From positions 70,592 through 134,591 of the forward strand of contig NMRA01000122.1 in assembly GCA_002633005.1 (NCBI GenBank): 64,000 nt of DNA. The letters are read 5' to 3'. The stretch's first letter is position 1; the number at the start of each line of letters is the position of its first letter. Positions 30,113 to 41,312 of the stretch are shown in pieces. This DNA is from Phoronis australis. Its lineage: Eukaryota > Animalia > Phoronida. The notes under the pieces are model-generated. The model did not search any database. It saw only the letters and a program-made list of their open reading frames with translations, and was not told where the DNA came from. Made by a program: the position numbers and the translations under genes.

Positions 30113-33100
30113 CTGAAAGAAACAAAACGGTGTGCACTCCCCTGGGGTCTTCAGAAAAAATGGTGCTAGTGCGCCTCCAAGAGGTAAATAACAAAAACGC
30201 ATTTCAATGCGTTTGAATCGACAAAAGTAAAGACATCAAAGCTCTTGAAATGTGCAACCATATTAATAACTGACTCGAGAAAGTGACCCACTCCAATAGC
30301 TCACGCAAAAAGTGTCGAACTTTAACACTTTATATATAAATGACCCATAAAGAATCCCCACTGACAGAACATTCATAAACCATATGTATTTGTCACCAAT
30401 CGCAGTACTAGGGTTGACAAAATGTCTACCCAAATGAATTGGTGGAGTCTATACCCATATCGATATCAAAATAGGCGAAAACTCTAGTAGAGTGTCACAT
30501 GTGTATGCAACAGTGCCGCAAGAAAGAATCATGGGGAATCACTGAATAATGAGAAAAGTGATTTTGGGTTGTCAAGTAGATGCCCGTATGATGGCAATGG
30601 TAGCAATGGTATTGGTCTTTTTGTTGATGATCGTAATGGTGGTAGCAATTGTTAAGTGATGGTAACGGAAGTGATGGTGGTTCAAACCTGTTACGTGTGA
30701 CCTCCCCTTTATAGCGTTAATAACTGAATTTTACAGGGCATTATTTCTACATTTTCCGATTGCTATTTTAATGTCTCTATACACAAACAGAAGAGAGCCG
30801 ACAAGCATGGCAGTCTACGTTTATTTGAAGGGGAGTAACGTAATTATTAATACCTAAACGCCAGTTGAAAATCTCATGTGTATTTCATACCACAAAACTA
30901 TGACGAAATTATGACCACTCCAGCTTTAATTATACGGTTAAATAGATATTAACTTAGCGACATAATTTACATAGGGTACATGCCACATTATTGGTTTTTG
31001 AAGACAACTGACAGGCACGATGGGTCATTAACGGTACTTAACAGCAGGTTGCGCTTTTCGATATTTCCAGAAAAAAAGATTAATTGCAATTGACCTTAAC
31101 TATGCATTTTAATTTTCCATTTTAATTTTCCATGAGTCACATACGAACTCATCATGAGTACGGAGTTAACTCGCCTTCTATCACAGAAACTAACTCTTGA
31201 TGTAGACAAAGAAGCCTTATGAAATATGTCTTAGAACATTTCCTCGATGAAGTTAGCAGCAGTAATTTTAGGGCTTCGAACGAACTGGCAGTTGTATTCT
31301 GCTTGATTTCAAACTGGCTTATCAACGCGGATGATTTCACGTGTGGCCGCGTCTTGTCTGAAGGAATTTGCAAGACGACAAATTATTTTTGTCAGAGTAA
31401 AATACATGGACCAAAATCTAAAGTTTAATCATTGATTGTACTCAGTTACATTGTACATCAAACCGTATTATAGTGGGCATTTTCACAGTTCGTTGCACAT
31501 TCATTTGAAACAAAACATGAGTATATGTTTGACTGTTTGTGAATCACAGTACTAAAAATTACGCTCCTAGATTTCACTGATCGTGTGTCAAAATGTGAAT
31601 ATCGTTTGAATTTTGGTTCAGTTATTTTTTTTATTGTGTTTATGTATCAATATGTATTTAAAGACAATGGGCGATACCACTGAAATTGGCAATTTCTGGT
31701 GATTAAATGTATCAGAAAACATTCAATCCCAAAACTTGTACAGTTGACGAGTTTCTATACAGTCAAATAGTTTCCTGATTTCCCGTATTCTTATAATTAA
31801 CCACACTTTCAGCGAATATGTTTTTTATTTTATTAGCAGACCCGTCAATATGGTTTTACTCCTTTAACTAACCCAAAAGCTCGAAACACGTAGCCTGATG
31901 AGCCCCAATTTATTACATCAATCCGTTGGCCAATTTATTGCAAATGTCAGTGCTGTTACGTTTGTAATATAACGGACCGTTTTTATAAAGCGGGAATCAT
32001 CGGTGGCCTCACAATGATTAAAAATATTATGCCTTTGTCTAAAGTCAAAACTTAAATATCAATTACTTTTCATTGCTCTTCATTGTGAAATAAAACAGGT
32101 CTATGACGATCCTTGTGCGTAACAGGTGTTTGCTTCAGGGGGAAACCAGCCTCGCTTTGACTTGCAAAATGACGAAATCGTGCGTAAAGCAACGTTAAGC
32201 TTACTGGTAACTCCAAACAATATAGAATACAAGAGAATATGAGCTTTGATTAAGATAAGCATGTGATTTTACACCATGTTGTATTGCATATTTCATTCCT
32301 GTGACTTTTGCGTTTTTGTGAATTCAAACAGTAAACTATTAATTTACAAATATCTTGACACAACCTACCGACACACAAGACGAGCCCTGGAACCATGCTG
32401 ACAAAGTGAGTCTCATAGAGTGCAATGACACAGCATCTGCAAACAAAATGAAACTGAGATCAACATCTTGTGCAAAACTTAGGTCGTCAAAGAGGTAAGT
32501 ATGAGTTTTGCGGAAGGTCAGTCAACATACCAGTTCACTGTTCAATTACGTTCGTCTCTACGTTTACTTGTAGGTTACTAGAAAATAAGATATGTACAGT
32601 ACATTGTATTTATTACATTTCACTACTGTGATTTAGAAATATCTGCCCTCGCTATAACTGTAAAGCTTTGTTCGGATCAAAACGCCGGTAAGCTCAACGA
32701 TCTAACTTCAGGAAAGAGATCATCCAGAGTATTTTAAACCTCAAAAACTCATCATGGAGCAAACACCAGTGATTGTTATGGCGGACTCAAAGTTTACCAG
32801 GTAAAAAAATCGGGTTTCGTCAAAAATTGCAATCGTACTAGAAAGTGGCTCTCAACAAAAACATTTTCCAAAAACGTAGTATCCCTGAAGACATGCAACA
32901 TGACATAATCGATTTGACAGCCTAAAATTTTTTTTTCATTATTATTGTTTGATTTTATAGGTTAATTAGCTTTGACCACATCAACAAAACGCCAAAATCC
33001 ATTGTGTTTTGTGATTTTATTACAATTTGTCAATTCTCACAGTTGTCTACCGCTGAAAGCTATCACCGGTGATTATCCAGTTGCAAATAATCGAATCTGG

Positions 33101-34027
33101 GTTAGCCAGCTTTGGACTGCGACTGTTTCAGTGGTGGGGTTAGTCTCAGAATACCACTTTTCTTGCCGGAAAAAGTTCCAAATTTGGATAATTTAGGAAC
33201 ATCATATCTCAGAAATCGTTGATTGGATTCATACGTAACGTTCAGATATCATGCTTTATGGCTAAATACACAAACTTGTCAATAAGGTCCTGCGTAATTT
33301 TAAGTATACGTCGCTATAGCTATATATTACTTGACCCTAGAGGTTTAACCAGGCTCAGAGCATCGCTTCTGAAATATTCTGTCACTATCACCAATTTTCA
33401 TCACAATGCCTAAATAAAAAAAGAAAATTTATCATTAGGAAATTGTCGGAACATAGACATTTGCAAATGTTTATTTCTCGAAAACGTACCTTACAATGTC
33501 AACACTTTACAAACTTCACATGCCCTCCTTAAATACTTAACAAGATACTAAATTTATTATTTATTTATTAGTAGCAGTTTCATTTATAAAATTCAATTTC
33601 TTCACTTCTGAATATACCTTAGTTTTGGGAAAGTGAAATTCTACGTAGGATTCGTCTGTCGACAAACACATACAAATCTCTTCGCGCTTATCCTCGCACC
33701 CTTTAGCCCACTCAACATAATAGCATCTAATGTACTGTACCTGTTCCTAATGACACCTTCCTCTGTCTTGATTTCAGTTTTGTCCAATTGTTTTATAGTG
33801 ATAGCGCAATTGTAGAAAATTTAAATTGTAACATAAATCAAACTTTTAATGGGTGGACGATTGTTTTTACCGTTGGACCTCGATTGCTCCCCCTCTCAGG
33901 GCTACAACGTCTTGTGAAGTTGATCGATTATTGTGAACGCATCAACAGAATTACACAAACACAATTGGTGTACAGTGATTATATCAGCCAACTCAGAAAT
34001 CAAGCATTTCGGCACCGTCTACATTAA

Positions 34028-35449
34028 GGGAGGAAGCAACCTTTTTCATGTCATTTTTAGTAACAATACGGTCAGTTCCTTGATTATCCCAGACATATTT
34101 GTCAGCTAATGACGGCTTCCCGTAATTTAATTAATTAGTATTCTCCTATTCCGGAAGTGACGTTTAGGGTATAGAATTTCCCGCCATTTTGTTTTCACAT
34201 TGTCTGACAATGTGAGCTGTCGAGTTAGTCATTGTTTTACCTCAGTTGTGATAAGTTCAGTCGTCGTTTGCATTTGTTTAAGAGTCAGTGAACATGTTGC
34301 GCGGTTGCTTCCTTCCGGGACGTACTCGTTATCGTCTCACGTGCCATTACATTGCGCTCCGACGGATGACATGCTCCGCCTTCCTTGGCTCGTTCGTGTG
34401 AAGAACGCAGTGTTACCCGACCAAGGAACGTACAAAGTAGTGGAGAATCAGCGAGTGTGCGGCAAGCATTTTCTGCCATCGGATAACGAAAGATACCTGA
34501 AAGTGATGAACGTTCCTGAAAAACAACGCCTGGAGAAGGGTACCGTTCTGTCGATGTTAATGCCCGGCAGTGTCTCCTCGCCGCTCCCGAAAAGTGCATT
34601 TTTGAAGCGAGAAGCCTCGCGAGCTTGGGTTCCTACAGGGATTCGAGGCTCTTCAAGTATTGTCATCCTATCCAGCCAGCAATAGTTGTATGAAGTCCAT
34701 CGTCAAAAAACAGCTGTTTGTAGCCAGCCAGCTATATTCAATATACAAATTTGCACCAACGCTACTGTCACAAGTGCCTCCGAAGGTATCCCTAGAGCGT
34801 GCAATTCCGGGAACTAACATTGGTTTGCCCTGTGCTGACATTGTTTCCAGCCCAGCAGCCCTTCAGCGATGTTGAATAATGGGGGTGAATACATGTACAA
34901 GCCCAGTTCGTCATCAGCCAGTGAGGAGGACAGTTCGTGGTCCAGTGAACACTAGTGCCGGTGAACCAAACTTTGATAAGCTTATTGTGGACTTGACTAG
35001 AGCTATTTAGAATGTGCCAGGTGTACGGCGAGGGAGTCACACGGTGGGATGTAAGCTGTTTGGGTGTTCAGGTTTCCAGCCGGTCAATGTGAGTGTGTCG
35101 AAAGTGGGACACTCGGGCAAGTGAGACAGTTGTTCGTCCGTCTGTTGGATGCCCGTCGGAGGTCCACTTTACCATGCTTTTCACTGGAAACACCTTTCGG
35201 TGAAGACACTGACGGACTTCGGTTAAGTCAAGTTGTTTTCCAAGACGACAGTAGAACAGATCCTCACAGAAAACTCAAACACCGAAGCAAAATAGCTGGA
35301 AATTCTAAACCCCTAAACTTCAGTTCCGGAATAGAACAATATTAATTAATTTAATTACGGGAAGCGGTAATTAACTGCAAAAATATGTCTGGGATAATCA
35401 ACGAACCGTATTTTTCACTAAAATGACTTAAAAAACGTTGCTTTCTTCT
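34028..35449 (+). mobile_element. Internally deleted Kolobok-type DNA transposon with THAP remnant
   Basis: TTAA on both flanks; ~165-bp imperfect TIRs; ORF remnant ..RVCGKHFLPSDNER..QRLEKGTVLSM (THAP C-terminal motifs). Confidence 0.82.
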
Positions 35450-36161
35450 TTAACTACTCCTGGTTGTGCACCGATGCACTGAGTTGATCATATGCGGTAT
35501 TGGTTGGCAGGGGTCGCATAGCGTTGTTCCCTCTCTGGTCTCTGTGTTCACCAAAGTAACATCAGTTGAGCGCCTGTCTCTGCTGTAACTGATTCTTCTG
35601 TGCCACTTTTCGTTTCCCTTCGTACAAGGTGACGGTGTCTGCTCTTTTCTTTTACTTTTCGGCCATAACCTTCACCTTTTCTATTTCTCCCAGGGATTGA
35701 GTTTAACCGTACGCTTAGTGGGGACAAATATTAAATATAGAAATCGCATAACAGGTCATGCAGATAGGCAAACGAATAAGCCTGACTTACCTCGATTAAC
35801 TCGTCTCATGAGATGGGACCAGAAACTTGACGGAATGCCTCCAGTCGCACCAAATGCACTTGAATTTCTTCATGCTGACTGTCCAAGGCATCCCACGTGA
35901 ATCGTGCCTGGCTTGAAACATTCTCTTGGTCATTCCTCACACTGCAGCTGGTATTGATTTTCATTCCTAAATCTCATGTACCTCTGCTCGGCCCATGACA
36001 TTACCATTTACGGCAAGAGTGAATAGACCCACGCCTTCAGTCAAAAGCAACAGTTTTCGTTTAAACCACTTTTAAGTGTCTCTCCTTGTTTCGCATACTG
36101 TTTTGAAATAGCATAGATTTTAAAGAAGACTTGTTTCAACAACAAAAGATGATTAATAGAG

Positions 36162-36450
36162 GCTAACAGCTTATTATTTAAAATGACTTATTCTTATTAA
36201 AGTGACATAGACAAAAAATTGAATTTCGGGGGTCAAAAGCGAGGCCATCTATATTAATATTGATGTCCCCGCCGAAAGGCAGCCGGAGAGCGGGGCCCTC
36301 TAATTTAATACAGAACGCGTCGCTCCCCGGCTACCTTTCGGTGGGGCCAACCATATTAATATAGGTGGCCTCGCCTTTGACCCCACAAATTCAATTTGTT
36401 CCTATGTTATTTTAATAAGAATAAGTCATTTTAAATAATAAACTGTTGGC
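36162..36450. mobile_element. ~290-bp fold-back (palindromic) MITE-like repeat
   Basis: Arms pair over ~130 bp (TTATTATTTAAAATGACTTATTCTTATTAAA..GCGAGGCCATCTATATTAATAT..CCGAAAGG) around a short loop near 36300. Confidence 0.85.
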
Positions 36451-38059
36451 TTGTAATATGTTGTTCGGAGATTGGATGAGTAGTTCCCCAGTGCATCACA
36501 CATACGGAATATTTCTGAAAACGGAATATCACTCTTCCCGGTACTAGGAACGCTTTGTTTTTACTATGCCATGCACTACATGCACATACCGTTATAGGAT
36601 AGTGAGCCATTATAGGTCGAGGCGCTTGAGCGCTAAAAACGGTAGTCGCCCTTTACCGTTCATACGAAGAACACACACATACGGGAGCGTTTGTACCGCA
36701 TGGGCGGTTCCAATGCAGTACTGGGATACAAATCGTTCGCACAGATTTGAACAAACATAGTAACTTCACCGTCAGATGTATCTCATAAAGCTACTCTTGG
36801 AAAGCGTACTTTCGTTCTGAATTTCCGTGTTAAGAAATTTCATGAGAGGGGGTTCTTATTTGTCTTCTTGAGTTTGTCCGACTTCTGTCCAAGTTGTGAA
36901 ACGCGACGTCATTTTACCACATTGTGGTAATGTAAAAAAATTTACTTCTACTTTCAACATGTAAACAAATAACATCTCTAGAGTCCCAAATGTAATGACA
37001 CTCTAGTTTGAATAAGCATTTTAACTGGGAGCAGAAATTTTCTTGAAAAAGTCGTTTGAAAACGATATTTGAATTCTGTGTATGGTTTTGCCCATTTCTC
37101 CACACTAAGAACATGCAAGGAACTTTGCTTGATTTGTAACCGTATCCAGTGTATGTGGGTATTTAGGCACACGCGCCAATATCCGAACTAATGCATTTTT
37201 CAAAGAAATTTGTTTTCGCATGAGTTTCGCATATCGGCGCATGCTCCAAGTTTCGATTCTATGCGCAAGTGGGTGTCTTTTGTTGAGGCTCACACCTTGC
37301 TGTAGATACACGTAAATGCACACAGATTGTCCTTGACAAAAGCGAACTTCCGTGAACGTGCAAAACATTTTATGTGAGTTGATTTGATTGCTGCAATCCT
37401 AATTATAATTCAAATAATACCAAATTCTTTTTATGATATGTGAATTTCTTTGTAACTAAGTAGGAATGCCAGCTAACAGCTCAGACCAGTGACTTATTGT
37501 ATGGCAAAAGTGGTTTTAAAGTTTTTATCTTAGTTCGTAAATTGTGAAACATTGCATACATTAATTAAACTGGATCTGAGTATTGTAAACGTTTGAAAGG
37601 AATTAAAAAAGATGTTTGCGTGACTTGAACCATTTAATGAAACGTCACCAGTGAAAATGCCCCAAGAGTTTTCATCGGAAAACAACGCAAGTGTTTGATA
37701 TGTGCAGACTGAATACGTGCACATGCAGGGCGTCTGGGTGTTTTATGCGGTTCTCATATAGGGGCATGCGCCCAATTCCGGAATAAGCGCATGACGGGGC
37801 CTAAATGTTCGCATATACTGCAATGGGGAGAAAAAACAGTGATGAGTGGCGACGCATATCAGCTTGTAAGCAGCCCTTCATCGATGTTGAGTAATGGGAG
37901 TGAATACAATTCCAGTTCGTCATCAGCCAGTGACATGCTAACTTGATTTATTTTTGGTAAATGATACTCGGTTTTGTCTTGTGTGTAGAAAAATTACTGT
38001 GTTGTGCTGACGGCCGGCCTGAAACTAGGGATCATTCAATGTGTGCCTGACAACTATGT

Positions 38060-38531
38060 TACCAGCTATGGTGCGACACAATACACTGTTTTTGTCCATC
38101 AAATGCACTTACACGTTGAGAAGCTTTCATAAAATCTCCATCTCTGCGAAAGGTCGAAGCCCACAGTGGTATCTTGACTGATCGCTTGCTCCACCGTGTA
38201 TCGCAATACCCGGCGTACAAATCTGTGCCAGTTCTGAGCGATCTCGGGATCTTATGGAAACACAAAAACTGAAATATTGTCAGCTCGATTGCTATTACTA
38301 CATCCTCCGCACACTCATATTTTCATAATACTCGTCTCAGACAATTTTTAACTCTTTTCGAGAACACTCCACCTTAAGACTGGTGTAAAACAACACAATA
38401 GCGGAGACCGGATTTCCACTGATGACAACAAACAATTTTTTATTTTTCAATTTTGGTATTTATTTCATGATTGCAGATGCACAAATTGAAGAGAAAATAC
38501 TTAAAATATCATACCAAAATTGTTGGTAGCC
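38060..38531 (-). mobile_element. Decayed THAP-domain DNA transposon fragment, copy a
   Basis: MKI*VCGGCSNSNRADNISVFVFP*DPEIAQNWHRFV (THAP N-terminus); homologous to 39490-39940. Confidence 0.65.
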
Positions 38532-39489
38532 TATTTCAAGCACTTATGGTCATAGTGCGAAGGGTTTAAAGCGTTCCCACGATAGATGTTTGCACTTTAT
38601 GTGATTTTAGATCGTGTATAAAAACTTTATCACATAAATCTAACTAAAAACACGTGTTTTGGGAAATGATTGAGAAATTTTGAGTTTTCAAGAAAAAATT
38701 CATTGATTTTTTCCTGCCACGTGATGACATCAGTGGAAGATGTTGATCAGTTGACAGCATATATGCAATGGTGGATAATGATTTTGTAATTTACACAGAC
38801 TTAGAGAGCGAGCTTGACGAGTGTTAAGGAGAGGTAGGTATGGAGATGAAGGTGAAGACAACACTCTGGCCATATTGGCAGACTTTTCGTGTTTGAGGCC
38901 GTACCAAATCGAACTTCCCGCACCGGCGTCTTCGGCGAGTGAAGTCTAGTCGGAGCCTACTCAGTCTCCGGCCGTCATGATTGAAGAGCTGATATTTCTA
39001 AGTGGTAATTATAGCCTTAAACTAAACCACAATTTAATTTTCTAACCGATTTAGTGTCAAACTGTAAGTTTTTACATTGACTGTCTAAGCCCAATCTCGA
39101 AAAGCGGTCAAATTGATTTTATTGCTTCGAAGGCCGAGTGCGTTTGTTAGGAACCATCATATTTAATTGTGATGGTTACTGGATTTTATTTCTATCAAAA
39201 AATTATAAAACCTTAGCTAGATTATGATTCGTCAGTTATTTTGTTCCAGTGCCCGACTCTAGCTTCCGACTGTGCCGGCTGCAGTCGTGATCTCAAACTG
39301 TTTTCCTGGCATCTGTATGCATGCCATTTTCTACGATTGAGGTTTGACATCTATGCAGATAGCATGCATTTCCACAAAATCTTGAGCAAGAATACATTGT
39401 CACAATTTCAAACTGAGGATGATGATGCTCAATGGACCTAGGTGCCTAACAACGACTTTCGCAGCAATGGTACAACAAAAAGGACTATT

Positions 39490-39940
39490 TTTGCATTTTT
39501 ACGCTGGAGAAACCTTTATCAAATCTTCGTTTCTGTGACTGGTTGAAGCACGATTCTTTAAAATGGGCCAAGTACAGCGTATCCATGAACTGACGAGTTG
39601 CTCCACCGTGTACTGCCATACCCGCGTCCGATGAAGCATGTCAGAACGTATATCATTTCTGGGCAATCCTAAGGTCTTCTTGAAACACAAATACTGAAAT
39701 ATTGTTTGTCCGATTGCTATTACTGCATCCTCCGCGCACGCACATTTTCATAATACTAGTCACAGGCAATATGTTTTCGAAACTATTCTGACTTACTGTT
39801 GGTGTAGAACAACACAATGGCAGAGACCGGACGTCAGACAAAACTTGTAATATTTCTAACTTTTGCGTTTATTTCTTGATTACAAGTATACAAATTGAAG
39901 AAAAAATATTTAAAATATGATACCAAAGTTGTTGGTAACC
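39490..39940 (-). mobile_element. Decayed THAP-domain DNA transposon fragment, copy b
   Basis: MKMCVRGGCSNSNRTNNISVFVFQEDLRIAQK*..AHFKESCF; shares upstream DNA with copy a. Confidence 0.65.
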
Positions 39941-40364
39941 GAACCGTGTTGTCCGTACAAACTCTCTATGCCCGGACTTCTCATGATTTAGAGAACTGAA
40001 GCAATTTATGGTGGTGCTGACTAGTGCATCTTTGTGACACGATCCATTTTTTTTCTGCAGTCTTAGATTTACTGCAAACCTTTCAGAGTAGTTTTGCATT
40101 CCCTAGAAAGTCGCATTTGTAGATAGTATTTCACTTAAGAAATATCGTGCATATAACCAACATGTCGTTCCAATTAATTTATTGATATATATTTGAGTAC
40201 TTTTCTCTTTTTTATTTAAAACTTCACCGAGACAGGGGATGTCGATGACTAGTTTCAGTGTTCATTTTCAATACTAAGAGTACCTGGTTTAATTTAGCCA
40301 CTGATGTTCTTGCTTATCATGGGTCTCGGTAACTTTTTCCACGGGTTCTGAATATATTCACTCA

Positions 40365-41312
40365 TCAACTTGACGGAGTTGCAGTAGTGGCGTTTGTGTT
40401 CGGCGGACTTGTCGGTGGAGGTGGCGGAGGAGGACATACTGCGCCTACAACTTTGAAAGCTGCAGTCACGTCAGCCTTGCTAAAACCTTCGTCTTCGGCG
40501 GCAGACTCTACCCCGCAAACGCCGTCATTGAAGTTAGTGGTTGTATCCCAGTATCTTTGGTTGGCCCGTGCGAACACGATAAATCCCTTTTTTATATCCC
40601 ATCCCGGTTTATGGACAAGAACGCAAAAAGCTTTATTGTATATACCACTGCTAAAATGGCCATTCATTCCCGCCTGCCAGTTACTCACGTGATCTATGGA
40701 TATTTTGTCTGCTGTTGGAAGACACAAATCTCGAAGTGCATATCCTTTTTGCCGGAATATCTCGTAGCCAATTTGGAAGTCGTTTCGGCCGTAAATATGA
40801 TGTTCGATAACTTCACCTACGATGTCTGAATATGATTCGCTTATTCCGTGTGCTTGTCCCTTGTTTTCTAAATTCGAATGTAATTCAGTAAATCCATGCG
40901 CAGTCTCGTGCGCTAAGACGTCAGCAGAGACCAGAGGGTAAAATGTGTTGTTACCGTCTCCGAAGAACAAATAGCCGTTATAGTAAAATGCGTTCTCATA
41001 TTCTTTACCAAAGTGACAGAACAAGTGAAGAGAATGTTTGAGAGGAGGTTCGTTGAGATACTTCATGAATGCCTCGTGAGTTTTGCCGCCCAAAAAGTGC
41101 GCATCACTGAGAGGAGACGCCGCGCCGTTTTTAGCATCCTCGAAGCCGTCGCTGCATTTGAATTCTTTGGGATCATATGGTAATGTCCAATTTCCCTGCA
41201 TGTCGTACGTCTTAACATTTGCATTTTGCAAGCTACACTCAGTTCCATTCAAATCTGTAACAGCCGATAGTGGCGGGAATATCTCGTGTTTTCCATACTT
41301 CCACATTCCAAT
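40365..41312 (-). CDS. M4 paralogue 2, catalytic-domain exon plus Pro/Thr tail
   Basis: ttttccag|IGMWKYG..NGAASPLSDAHFLGG..YENAFY..FGDGNNTFYPLVSADVLAHETAHGFTE..ADVTAAFKVVGAVCPPPPPPPTS..; 948 nt. Confidence 0.95.
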   Translation of the reverse strand: MGMWKYGKHEIFPPLSAVTDLNGTECSLQNANVKTYDMQGNWTLPYDPKEFKCSDGFEDAKNGAASPLSDAHFLGGKTHEAFMKYLNEPPLKHSLHLFCHFGKEYENAFYYNGYLFFGDGNNTFYPLVSADVLAHETAHGFTELHSNLENKGQAHGISESYSDIVGEVIEHHIYGRNDFQIGYEIFRQKGYALRDLCLPTADKISIDHVSNWQAGMNGHFSSGIYNKAFCVLVHKPGWDIKKGFIVFARANQRYWDTTTNFNDGVCGVESAAEDEGFSKADVTAAFKVVGAVCPPPPPPPTSPPNTNATTATPSS

